From Chiloscyllium plagiosum (lineage: Eukaryota): a stretch of 64,000 nucleotides of DNA. The notes beneath the pieces were generated by a model that was given only the letters and a program-made list of their open reading frames with translations, was not told where the DNA came from and did no database searches. How positions within the stretch are numbered: position 1 is the first letter of the stretch; every line of letters starts with the position of its first letter. Below are positions 51,010 through 63,595 of the stretch, one piece after another. Location: the NCBI RefSeq assembly GCF_004010195.1, contig NC_057750.1:18514542-18578541 (forward strand), given 5' to 3'. The translations under genes and the position numbers were made by a program.

Positions 51010-53070
51010 CTGCAGATGACATAAAGTTGACTTTGTGGTGGATCGTGTAGAGGACAGTTGTAAGCTTCAAAATGATATCGATGGGTTCGTGGAACAGGGT
51101 GGAAAGCTGCAGGTGGAATTCAACACTTTTAAGTGTGAGGTAATGCAGGCTGAACAGGCTGGGGCTGTTTTCCCTAGAGCATCAGAGGTTGAGGGGTGTC
51201 CCTATAGAGATTTACAAAATTTTGAGGGGCATGGGTAGGGTAAATAGGCAAAGTTTTTTCCCGGGGGTTGGGGAGTCCAGAACTAGAGGGCATAGGTTTA
51301 GGGTGAGAGGGGAAAGATATAAAAGAGACCTACGGGGCAACCTTTTCACACAGAGGGTAGTACGTGTATGAAATGAGCTGCCAGAGGAAGTGGTGAGGCT
51401 GGTACAATTGCAACATTTAAGAGGCATTTGGATGGGTATATGAATAGCAAGGGTTTGGAGGGATATGGGCCGGGTGCTGGCAGGTGGGACTAGATTGGGT
51501 TGGGATATCTGGTTGGCATGGACAGGTTGGACCAAAGGGTCTGTGTCCAAGCTGTACATCTCTATGACTTTATGACTCTAAGTCAAACAGTAAAAAGGGA
51601 ATACACAATAAATAGGATTATACTGAGAAAGGTATTGGTGAAATGAGAAATATTGGTGTGCAAATGCACAGGTTCCTAAAGGTACTAATACAGGTAGATA
51701 AGTTTGCAAAGACTGCGTATGGACTGATCTTCGTCATTGGCAGAGGTATAGAACACAAAATTAGGGACAATAATGAAACTGAATAAGGCACTGGTGAGGT
51801 CACAACTGATTTGTGGTCTGCAGTTTGGTCACCACATTATAAGAAAGATGCAATTGCTCTGGACAAAGTGAAGAGAATGTTTACTAGAATATCACCAGGC
51901 TGAAGAATTGTAGCTGAAAGGACGGATTGAAGAGGTTGTTGACGTTGTTTTCCTTGGAACAGAGAAGGCTAAGGGGGTGACATGATTGAGGTACACAACA
52001 TTGTGAAGATTAGAAATGAAGTAGAGAGGAATAACCTATTTCCCTTGGCAGAGCAGGGCTCCTGATCCCTGGGCCCGTCCTCTCCATCTGCTTTTCTCTT
52101 TACATACCTTCTTTTTCTCTTTGCTTGATTTTATTTCTACTTATATTGACCGCCTTTGAAAAGCTCGGTTATGGCATCAACATCAGTGGTGGCCACTGAG
52201 GCCATTGTGGACTTGAGTGGGCTCACTGCATACTTGAATGACCTCAATGCCGAAGGTTTCAGTCAGATGGAGTTGGAAGAGGACCGAGAACAGAAGTTGA
52301 CAATGGCATTGATTGCACCTACATTGGTGGAAGTGACATTGTTGAGGTAGGCCCAACCGTGAAACATGGTGGCTGAGGAAGGCGACTTTGACATTTATTG
52401 GGTCCAGCACTGGCAGCGGCAAAGCAGTGGTGAAATGGGCATCACAGTGATGGCACCAGAGAAGGCAAAATATGTGATTGGCATTTTAATCTGAGATGTT
52501 AGGTTTCAGTTGTGACTGTAGGCCCGAACTGGTACTCCTGAAATAGACTGCAAAGGAGGGACATTGGTGGGTGGAGAGCCTATTGTGGAAAACACCACCT
52601 CTCCCCTACGTGGAGTGGAGCACAAGAAGGGAGGAAGATGAACTCTATTTTTATTAATATTTAAGTCTTATATCTTAATTTCATGTCTTTTGTCTTAATA
52701 TCTTCTGTAAGTCAAAATGGCACTAAAGAGTCGGGACATATTGCAATTATCACTGTACTTATTTGCAAAATGCAAGTGACAATAAATCATTCAAATCATT
52801 TAATTCAAACTAGGGTCATAAATTCAAACGAAGTGGCAGAAGAATTAGAGGGGATCTGAGGAAAAAAGATTTTTTATGCAGAGGGTGGTGGATGTCTGGA
52901 ATTTGCTGCCTGAGTTGGAGGTGGAACAAATGCATTAAATTCTTTAAAGTGTACCTGGGAATGTGTGTCAAGTGCCGTAATCTGCAGAAGTATGTGCCGT
53001 TTGCAGGAAGATGGGATTAATAAGGGCATTTGGGTGTCCTTGGGCCTGCTTATCCAAGATGGGCCGAATG
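51010..53070 (+). mobile_element. Old CR1 with nested younger CR1 3' end (about 51148-51580) and another insert (about 52050-52800)
   Basis: RT remnants ADD..KLQNDID; inner TRGHRFRVRGERYKRDLRG and ATGACT tail. Confidence 0.7.
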
Positions 53071-53169
53071 GCTCGATGGTGGCCATCTTGCCAAAGGAGG
53101 TGGGACGGATTAGATTGGACAATGTTGTTGATTCAGATTGGTTAAACAGGATTGGCCTATGTCCAAACC

Positions 53170-53290
53170 TTCCTCACCTCCAAAGGCAGGTGACAGTGAT
53201 GTATTACTGCATCTGGAGTATTCATTGTGTCTCAGAGAGAGGGAAGAGCCCTTTAAATTCTCCAACTGTAGCAGGAAACACCTGTGTAGG
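53170..53290 (+). pseudogene. 3' V fragment (YYCIWSI) with dead RSS
   Basis: ATGTATTACTGCATCTGGAGTATT, then CATTGTG (53223-29) TCTCAGAGAGAGGGA; downstream flank homologous to that of the 32-kb pseudogene. Confidence 0.8.
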
Positions 53291-55494
53291 ATAAACCGAG
53301 AGGTGTGACAACGTTTAATGTCTTTATTTTGCTTATTAGCAGATGATGCATGTTTATAAAATTAGACAGATTAGAATAGCAGAAAGAGATTAAATATTGA
53401 AGCATTGAAGAGTTAATATTTACAATTTTTGGTAACGAAAAGAGAACTGAGAGTCTACGACTGTCTGGAAAATACGTCAGAAAAACAGACTTGGGTTTTA
53501 TCTGCTGTCTCTGTGTTGTTTCTCCATAGGAGCAGCAGAAGGTGCTCTAAGAGAGAAGCAGAAGGCTTCCTAGATTCAGACTGAAGAAGAATAGGAGGAG
53601 TCCATTCAACCCATCGAACGTGTGAGACACGAACAGGTGGTGAGGCATTGTGTCCAACAGCTCTTTGATAGTGGAACAGGAGGAGACCATTCAGCCTTAT
53701 GTTGATACTGTTACAGAGGAATGGGACAAAAACACAAAGTCACTCGATCAAAGCTGCAGGGAGTTTTCAATCTTCGAAGATGCTGCAAAGCAATGAAGAG
53801 ACCATTAAGTCCATCAAACCTGCTTTGTCATCAGGCTGATTTGCAGCTTTAAGTCCTTTGTTCCTAATCCTACCAGATATTTACTCAGCAAAGAGCTATG
53901 AGGCTTTATATTGAAGTTTGTATTCCCTTGTTCCAGAGTCACTCCAGCAGAGGAAATAGTTTCTCTCCATTTTACTTTCAATACTCTATACTCAAAAACT
54001 CATTCGGCTCGCCGTTGAATATTTTATATTCAAATAAATACAAGATAAATGTACAGATCAAGAAGTGTTAGTTTAGCCATCAAAACTACTCAGATGCATC
54101 TTCATTATATGTCAGTCAAGGCCCAGAACGAAAATGATTTCAGATGACGTCAATCCACGTGTTTATGCAATTTGAAGTGTAAGCTGTTCCAGTGCCCTGT
54201 TCATGATAAAGAGAACTTTAATTTCTTGTTAGTAATGAACATAAGCATTTCTAAAAAAATGTCATGAATTTGAGGTTATTGGTCCGGTGCTCATCAGGAT
54301 TGGGATGCATAAAATCAGATTTTGAAAAGGAACACTAAATTATACAGCATGGCAGGAGAATGCTGACTGATTGAACCACTGCTGGCATGGAGAAACAGCA
54401 TATCCTTTGGCAACACCCTGACCAATCAGTCTACCTACCTAATCTGATATTAAACAGCTGATTGACTGATCCTTCTGCAACTCCATTCCAAATTTGGCCC
54501 AATGTGCAGGAATCCTTCAGCACGTAACTCACCTCCTGACTCCGAAACCCATTCACCATCAAAGCACAGGTGTATGGAATACTGCCCACTCACCTGAATG
54601 AGTGAATCTCCAACAACATTCAAGAAACTTGACATCTTCCAGGACAAAGCAGTCCACTTGGTAGACACTACACGCACTAGTATTCAGTTCCTCCACCACT
54701 GAGACAGGAGGAGCCAGTGTATTTAATTTCTAAGACGAACTGCAGAAATTCACCAAGGCTTATGAAGCAGCAACTTCAAAATTCACCACCACTACCATCT
54801 AGAAGGACAAGGGCAGCAGATGCATGGGGACAGCAGTACCTGCAAGTTCCTCTCCAGGCCACAGCATCCACAGAGAGGAGAATTGAAAGACGAATATGGG
54901 ATTTGATGCTCAGCTGGGGGGAGGTGCATGGGAATTGTGAGGATGCACGGATTTTTTTTTATTCATTATCATTTCTTCTGCTTTTAATGTCAAGTGGGTG
55001 AAACCTAGGAATATAATAATTAGGAGGAGGAGTAGGCAATTCAGCCCTTCAAACGCACTCCAACATTTAATATGATCATTGCTGATCTCATCCTTGTCTC
55101 AACTTCACTTTCCTGCCTGCTTTCCATGGCCCTTTATCCCGCTTTTCATCAAAAACATATTTATTTATTTCTCGAATTTGTTAATTGATTCTGCCTCCAT
55201 TGCACTCTGGGGTAGTTGAGTTCCACAGATTCACAATTCCCTGAGAAAAGTAGTTTCTCCTCCTCTTAGTTTCGAACCTACCTCCTCTCACTCCATACCT
55301 ATGACCTCATGTTTGAGACTGTTTCAAAAGGAGGAGCATCTGTTCAATGTCCATGTTATCAATCCTATATAGCATTTCATATACTCCAAACCTGAATTTG
55401 TAGTCAGCAATGCTGAAGAAATTCGAGTTTCGAAAGGTGAGGCATATTGGACTTGAAACATTCATTTTGTTTCTCTTTCCACAGACACTGTGAG

Positions 55495-56206
55495 GAGAAA
55501 GTGAGGTCTGCAGATGCTGGAGATCAGAGCTGAAAATGTGTTGCTGGAAAAGCGCAGCAGGTCAGGCAGCATCCAGGGAACAGGAGAATAGACGTTTCGG
55601 GCATAAGCCGATGACGTCACTTCCGCCCCCACCGACCTTGCAGCCTCCGCGATCGCCGCCCAGACAACCGCCTCCGCGATCGCCATGAAGACAATCGCCG
55701 ACAGATTCGCGACCTCCGCGGCTATGGGGAATAACTCTGTCTCTGCGGTCGCAGCAGCCACTTACACCCCCCAGTGACGTCACTAACCTACACGCCCACA
55801 ACGCCGCATGTGTCTCCGCCCCCACGCCGATCTCCACGCCTAACCCCGCCCCCCGGCGAGTTCCGTCACCACGGCAGGGCTGGGAGGTTGAACAGTTCAT
55901 CCACTTCACCAACACCTTCCACCCGACCTCAAATTCACCTGGACAGTCTCAGATTCCTCCCTCCCCTTCCTCGACCTTTCTATTTCTATTTCTGGATCAG
56001 TGGTGCTGGAAGAGCACAGCAATTCAGGCAGCATCCGAAGACAGGCAAAATCGACGTTTCGGGCAAAAACCCTTCATCAGGAATAAAAGGACTATTTCTA
56101 TCTCAGGCGACAGATTCCTGAAGAAGGGCTTATGCCCGAAACGTCGATTCTCCTGTTCCCTGGATGCTGCCTGACCTGTTGCGCTTTTCCAGCAACACAT
56201 TTTCAG
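55495..56206. mobile_element. Young composite Penelope-derived element with inverted termini
   Basis: Perfect 15-bp TSD CACAGACACTGTGAG (55480-94, 56207-21); inverted termini; internal CpG-rich repeats and RT fragment EVEQFIHFTNTFHPDLKFTW..LPFLDL. Confidence 0.85.
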
Positions 56207-57669
56207 CACAGACACTGTGAGACCTGTCGGGTTACTTGAGTATTCCCTATATTTTTATTTCAGATCTTTAGCACCCGTGGCATGTTGGGTTTTTTCCTCG
56301 CAAACAGGGACTTATGGTCTGGAAGAGTTAGAAACTCTTCACAGAGTATTTGTCCATATGGTTCAAATAAAGGGCCAATAGAGAAGTAGAGAGCAAGAAT
56401 AAAAGAAGTAAATTAACGAGATTGTGAAGGTTATAGAAATCAAGAAGGATAGGTAGGCAGTCGTAGACAAAACAAAAGTGTAGGTTTTCATCTCTTCTAA
56501 CTCTGCGGTCTTTCTTCACAGAGACAAAGAACAAGGCAATAGGAATCTCCTTGATTTTGACACCATTCATATTCTTGACCAATAAAACCTATCAATTTAT
56601 GTCTACAATTCTTCAGTTGTTCTGCCACATTGACAGCATTTTTTAAAAGAGTTACTGTTCCAGATTCTGTTGTGTGAAATATTTCTTGACTTCACACTAG
56701 TACAGCCCCAAGGTCTTATTGTAAAATTCTGCCTATTCTGTACTTCCCAAAAGACAAAAATTGAACATAAGGCAGAATAGCACAGGAGTAAGCATTTCAG
56801 CCCAGCATGTATGCACTGACCATGACGCCAATCTAAGATAATCCTATTTACCTGCATATAGTCCACACCCGTCTATTACTTGCCTACTTATATGTCTGTC
56901 TAAATGACTCTTAAACATTGCTATCGTATCTACATCTACCACCTGCATTGTTAAGCTGAAAGTGCGTAACAGATTCTTTAAGGTCTGTTCAAAATTATTA
57001 CAAGAACACACGGGCACTTTGATATATAGCTATATATTAACCCATTTAATCAGTTTTCTAAACTGTTCTACTCTCATTTGCCTGCGTTTGGTCCATATCC
57101 CTCTAAACTCTCCCTATTCATGTACCCATATAGATGCAATTTAAATGTTGTTAATTGTACCCGCCCTCAACACTTCCTTTAGCAGCTTGTTCCATATATG
57201 CACCACCCTCTGCATGAACAAGTTGCTCCTTAGGTCCCTTTTAAATCTCCACCCCTCCCCACCCCCAACCCGCCATCATAAACGCATGCCCTCTGCTTTC
57301 AGTCTCCCGTACCCTGGGAAAAAGACCTTTACTATTCACTCCATCCATGCCTCTTGTGATTTTATAAAACTCTCCACAGGCAAAGTGACAGAAGATTGGA
57401 GGTTAGCTGACGTGGTGCCACTATTTAAGAAAGATGATCAGGAAGTCAGGGAAGTATAAACTGGTCAACCTTACATCAATGATGGGCACATTGTTGGAGG
57501 GAATCCTGAGGAACAGGATTTACACGTATTTGGAAAGGCAAGGACCAATTAAAATTAGTCAAATTACTTGTGTGTGGGAAATCGTTTCTTGCTAACTTGG
57601 TTGAGATTTATGCAGAAGTAATGAAGAGGATTGACGAGTGCAGAGTGATGGATACGGACTATATGGTCT

Positions 57670-59650
57670 GCTACTCGCCCTCAATCTCTTAATTTCCAAC
57701 TACCACTGTGACATTGACCGCCTCAACCTGTCCAACCCCCTTCCATCCACTCCAACCTCTCACCCTCACAACGCACAGTCCCAACATCATCATCAAATGT
57801 GCAGACAAAAGGGGTGCAGTGGCAGCTTAGTGCATAGACTTCGAAATGGCAGAAGCCAGGTGCCAACTTGCAGACATCTCCTCCTACTGCCCCTTGATCA
57901 CAACCTCACCTCCCATCACCAACCCATCATCTCCCACACCATCCACAACCTCATCACCTCAGGGGAACTCCCACTCACCGCCTCCAACCCCATAGTGCGG
58001 AGGTCCTACACTGCTCAGTTCTATCTCCTGCCCAAAATTCACAAACCTGATTGCCCGTGTCAACCCATCATCTAGGTTTTTTCCTGCCCCACTGAACTTA
58101 TCTCTGCATATCTTGACACAGTCCTGTTCTCCCTTGGTCTAGGAATTCCCCATCTACATTCAAGACACTACCCATACCCTCCACCTCGTCCAGGACTTTC
58201 GTTTCCCTGGCCCCCAAAGCCTCATCTTCACTACTGACATCCAATTCCTGTGCCATTCATTTACCATGACGAAGGCCTCCAAGCACCCCGTTTCTTCATC
58301 TCACACCAACTAACCAGTAACCTTCCATTGACATTCTCAACTGATTGGCTGAACTGGTCCTCACCCTCAACAATTTCTCCTTTGAATCCTTCCACTTCCT
58401 CCAGACCAAAGGAGTAGCCATGGGGACTTGCATGGGCCACAACCCTGCCTGCCTCTTCATTGGGTACATGGAAACAGTCCATCTTCCGCAGCTACACTGG
58501 CACCATTCTCCACATTTTCTTCCACTACATCAATGACTGTATTAGCGCCACCCCATGCTACCACGAGGAGGCTGAACAGTTCGTCAACTTCAGTAACATC
58601 GTCCACCCCGCAAGTTCACCGGAACCATCTCAGACACCTCCTTTCCCTTCCTAGACCTCCCCATCTCCATTTCTGGCGCCCGACTCAACACAGACATCTA
58701 TTACAAACCCATTAACTCCCACAGCTACCTGGTCTACAATGTCTCCCACCCAACCACCTGTAAAGGTGCAATCCCTTATTCCCAATTCCTCCACCTCCGC
58801 TGCAACCTCTTCCAGGAGGACCAACTCCAACATAAAATGTTCCTGATAGCCTCCTTCTTCAAAGACCACAATTTCTCCTCCCACGTGTTTGACAATGACC
58901 TCCATTGCATCTCATTCACTTCTCGAACTTCTGCCTTTGCAATTNNNNNNNNNNNNNNNNNNNNNNNCCGCAGTCCCCGGTCCTAGCCTTCCACTCCACC
59001 AACCTTCGGATCCAGCACATCATCCTCTGCCATTTCCACCACCTACAAACAGACCCTGACACCAGGGATATATTTCTCTCCATGCCCCTATCTGTGTTCT
59101 GGAGAGACCATGTCCATTGCGACTCCTTGTTAGGTCCATTTCTCCCACAAAAATCACCCTCCACACTCTGCACCTATCCCTGCCACTGCAATAAGTGCAA
59201 AACCTGAACCCACACCTCCCCCTTACCTCCATCCAAGCCTCCAAAGAATGCTTTGACATCCAATCTACCTGCAATTCCACACATGACATCTACTGTGTCC
59301 GTTGCTCCTGATGTGGTCTCCTCTACAGGACACCAACTTCAGGACGTTTCAGAGAACATCTCTGGGACAATTGCACTAACAAACACACTACCCGGTGGCT
59401 GAACACTTTAACTCTGCCTCCCACTCCGCCAAGGACATGCACATCCTGGGTCTCTTCCACCGTCAAACCCTAACCACCCTACACCTAAAGGAAGAACGCC
59501 TCATCTTCCATATTTGGAGCCTCCAACCACATGGGATCAATGTGGATTTTACCAGTTTCCTCATTTACCTGCTCCCCACATTAGCCCTGATCCAATCTTC
59601 CAACTCAGCACCACCCTCTTGAACTGTCCTACCTGTCCTTCTCTATCTGC
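57670..59650 (+). mobile_element. Penelope-like element (RT plus GIY-YIG, decayed)
   Basis: FYLLPKIHKPDCP, LTLNNFSF..QTKGVAMGT, YINDCI, AEHFNSASHS..EERLIF. Confidence 0.9.
58945..58967. other. Assembly gap (23 N)
   Basis: Run of N. Confidence 1.
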
Positions 59651-60375
59651 ATATCTGGGCAGCATGGACGAGTTGGACTGACAGCTCTGTTTCCATACTG
59701 TACATCTCTATGGCTCTCTGACTCTCCACGATCATCCCTCAACCGATGAATCTCCTGTGAAAAGAGAACCAGCCTACTCAGCGCTCCCTATACCTCAAAC
59801 TCTCCAATTCCACCCACATCCTTATGAATCTTATCTGAACCCTTTCAACTTTAACATCATCCTTCCTATACGAGGAAGACGAGAATTGTTCACAGAATCA
59901 TGAAACTGTGCCTCCCCCCACGTCTTGTATAGCTGCACCACGACGTGTCAAATTCTTTCCTCAATTAATTGACCAAGGGAGGCCAGTGTGCAAAATGCCT
60001 TTTTTACCACTTGTTACATCTGCGACTCCACATACAAGGAACTAGGCACGTGGTCACTTCCTTCGGCAACATTTCCCAGGGTACTATCATTAATTGTCCT
60101 GCCCTGATATGCCTTACTAAAATGCAAAGGCTGACAACCATCTAAGTTATACAACATCCATCACGACTTAGCCCATTGGCCCATCTGATTGACGTCCTGT
60201 TATACTGCCAACTCGACTAGCTATTTTGGTGTCATCTGCAAGCTTTCTAACAATGCCTACAATATTCACACCCAAATCAATTTTGAAAAACAATGGACCC
60301 AGAACTGGTCCTTGTGACACATCACTGTTCACAGGCCTCCAGTCTTAAAAACAACCCTCTACCACCACTCTCTCA

Positions 60376-61200
60376 CAGGGGAAAGTGAGGACTGCAGATG
60401 TTGGAGACCAGAGTTGAAAAGTGTGGTGCTGGAAAAGCGCAGCAGGCCAGGCAGCATTAGAGGAGCAGGAGAATCGACGTTTCGGGCATAAGCCCTTCTT
60501 CAGGAATGAGGCTGGTGTGCCAAGTGGGCTGAGATAATAGGTAGGGGGGGAATTTGGGGAAGGGGCGCTGGGAATACGATAGGTGGAAGGAGGTGAGGAC
60601 GAGGGTGATAGACCGGAGAGGGGGTGGGGACGGAGAGGTCGGGAAGAAGATTGCAGGTCAAGAGGACGGTGCTGAATCCAAGGGTTGGGACTGAGATAAG
60701 GTGGGTGGGGAGGAGAAATGAGGAAGCTGGAGAAATCTACATTCATCCCGTGTGGTTGGAGGGTTCCTAGGCGGAAGATGAGGTGCTATTCCTCCAGGCA
60801 TCGTGTGGCCAGGGTCTGGCGATGGAGGAGGCCAAGGACCTGCATGTCATTGGTGGAGTGGGAGGGGGAGTTAAAGTGTTCAGCCACGGGGCAGTTGGGT
60901 TGGTTGGTGTGGGTGTCCCAGAGGTGTTCCCTGAAATGTTCCGCAAGTAGGCGGCCTGTCTCCCCAATGTAGAGGAGACCACATCGGGTGCAGCAGATAC
61001 AGTAAATGATGTTTGTAGAGGTGCAGGTGAATTTTCGACGGATATGGAAGGATCCATTGGGGCCTTGGAGGGAGGTGAGGGAGGGAGGTTGGGTTGGTAG
61101 GTAGTGTGGACCTGACGAGGGACTCCACACCAACCCAACCTCCACTCCCGGCACCTTCCCCTGCAACCACAAGAAGTGCAAAACTCGTGCCCACACCTCC
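60376..61200 (-). mobile_element. Penelope-like GIY-YIG fragment inserted into a minus-strand CR1 (59710-60375)
   Basis: FTCTSTNIIYCICCTRCGLLYIGETGRLLAEHFREH; hammerhead-like core at 60476-60503. Confidence 0.88.
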
Positions 61201-61959
61201 CTTTTTTTAAGCTCAACACTACGTAAATTCCTCTGGCATTGTATTTCAGGCTTCTACCACTTTTCACATAGGAAAAATACCACTTTTCACATAGGCAGGT
61301 CACATCCTGCCAAACATCTTTTGCATCCTCTGCGATGCCTCCAGATCATTCCCATAGTTTTGAGACCAGAACTGCACACAAAACTTCAAATGTGGCCTGA
61401 CAAAAGTTTTATACTTTACGAGGAAGCAGCATTTTCTGTAACTATCATAAAAGGCAACCCAGCAGTTCACCTTTCATTCACAACTTGAAGGGAGAGTTTA
61501 CTAAAGTTTCTGTAATAATGGTAGAAGTATCCTGACCTAGGATTGTAATGGGGTACCTGAAGCTACCTCGAGGAGACCATGTCTTACCATATTTCTCAAA
61601 AAAGGTTTAAAGTTAGATTGCAAACGAGGAACGTTTAAGTTAATCATGCAGCTTTGCCAGATCAAAAAAAGCTTTTAAAGCAATTTGAGAATTACGGACG
61701 TCAACATTGAACTGATGAGCCTCTCAAGATGACAGTGATCTATATCAGAGAAGTGAATTCAAGTGGATCCCAAAATGAAAGTGTTAGCTTGAAGGTAAAG
61801 AATCATTTATGATATGCCACCTAACTATTAGCTTTGCATGGAAGAATTTTTTTTATTGCACGTTCTTTAGAAAAAAAAACAGCGTGAGAGCAGCTAGGAG
61901 AAAAGAAGAGATAAAACATGTCCTAGGTTCGATTCTCTTTTACCTTCTTTTTCTCCACC

Positions 61960-62085
61960 ACATCTCCGACTGTCTGAATTTTCTGATCTCTTTCTTTCCA
62001 CATCTCTTTATAAGCTGTCAAGTCGCAGACTACCTATTGGACTCGTGTTGCAATCTCAAAATTTCCTGGACAGTGTGTAAAACAC
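61960..62085 (+). pseudogene. 5' V fragment (intron end plus FR1), V8-like
   Basis: TGTCTGAATTTTCTGATCTCTTTCTTTCC matches the V8 intron end; after AG at 62013-14 it reads VKSQTTYWTRVAISKFPGQ, then homology stops. Confidence 0.7.
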
Positions 62086-62224
62086 ACCAAATGGTTATCA
62101 AAAGCTAAAGAAGAGTTATTGAACTTCAATGTCACAAGTGAAAAATGCAAGTCACAGAGGTGAGTTGGGGTGATCTACAATCATGAGATATTAATGGAGG
62201 TTAGCTCAATGCCAAATGTTGGAT

Positions 62225-62550
62225 CATAGAATTCCCCTACAATGTGAAAACCGTCCATTTGACCCAACAAGCTCACATCGATCCTCTGAAGAGCAACCCA
62301 CCCAGACCCATTCCCGTACCCTATTACTTGACATTTACCCCTGACCAATACACGTAACCTACACATTCATGAACACTATGGGAAATTTAGCAGGGTCAAT
62401 TCACCTATGCTGCACATATTTAGATTGTGGGAGGAAACTAGAGCTCCGTCAGGAAACCTACACAGACACCGAAGGGAATGTGCAAACTTCACAGACAGTC
62501 ACCCGAGGCTGGAATCGAACCCGCATCTCTGGTGCTGTGAGATAATAGTG
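62225..62550 (-). mobile_element. tRNA-derived shark SINE
   Basis: Same family as 35381-35713. Confidence 0.75.
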
Positions 62551-63057
62551 CTATCCCAAAAAGAATTCATATATCAGAGAGTAGTTGAAATGCTGAAAGA
62601 CATAAAGTGAATTCAGGAGATCTGTAGCACACTTTCGTTTAGCTCCAAAAGACGTGAATGAAGCTATAAGATCGTATAACACATAAGGATTCTTGCCTTC
62701 AACCAAAATATAAAACTGGTTTGAAAGTCAGGCAATTACGGAAGATATGATTGATTTAATAGCTCTTTTTGGTAATAATCTGAAATCCAATGGCGTAGTT
62801 CCTTCAAACGATGGAAGTTCGAACTTCTCTTTAAATGTGGATAGTCTTTATTTGGATGATAATGTCAGAGTTAAGGAGGGCAGAAAGCATCAATAAGAAG
62901 GAATTGTCGAAGCCTTATTCAGAGGGAGGGGCGTGTCCAAAGACACATCACTTGCTAGGTTTTCATCAATATAATAAATGAGCAGACTGGGACTTCCAGG
63001 AGTCCACACTTCTATTTATGCTCCACTGTGTACTCGGCGAAAGATTTTAAGTTTAAA

Positions 63058-63595
63058 ATGTATCTGTTCCTGGGATTGATGATCTCGTTTTATTGTAAGT
63101 GAATTAGTAAAAACAGTAAATCTGATTAATAACCTTGTTCGACATTTTTCTTCCGACAATATAATTCTGCCTTCGTCTTTCTCTGTATATTTTTGCCCTA
63201 CTGTCGTTCTACAACTTGAGGGTCTATTTTGTTCTCATTTCCCGAAAGTCAAATTTACTAACTTTCCACCCCCACACCCGTTTCTCTTTTTTTTCCCAGA
63301 TGCAGACTCACAGACTATCCACCAGACTCCCGCTGTTGTCTCCAGTTCTCCCGGGAAAGAACTGAAACTGAAGTGCACTGTTCAGGGCACTAGTAACCCT
63401 GACATGTACTGGTACAGACAAGACTTCGGGAAGGGGCTACGATTTATGTTTTACTCCAGGAGTACAACTCACATAGATCCAGAAGAGCCAGTGGATGGAT
63501 TCACCGCCAAGAGGCCGAGTGACTCTGAGTTCAACCTGCACACTTCCAGCCTTCGAGTGGATCACTCGGCCGTGTATTACTGCGCCTGGAGTATT
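63058..63595 (+). CDS. TRBV: TCR V segment V11 (subfamily D, paralog of V7). Leader 63058-63094, V exon 63300-63595
   Basis: Leader MYLFLGLMISFY; ADSQTIHQTP..LKCTVQGTSNPDMYWYRQ..AVYYCAWSI. Confidence 0.93.

Noticed and set aside
55462-56121. Ala/Pro-rich ORFs suggesting a CpG-island gene
   Set aside because: They lie wholly within a TSD-flanked Penelope-derived insertion.
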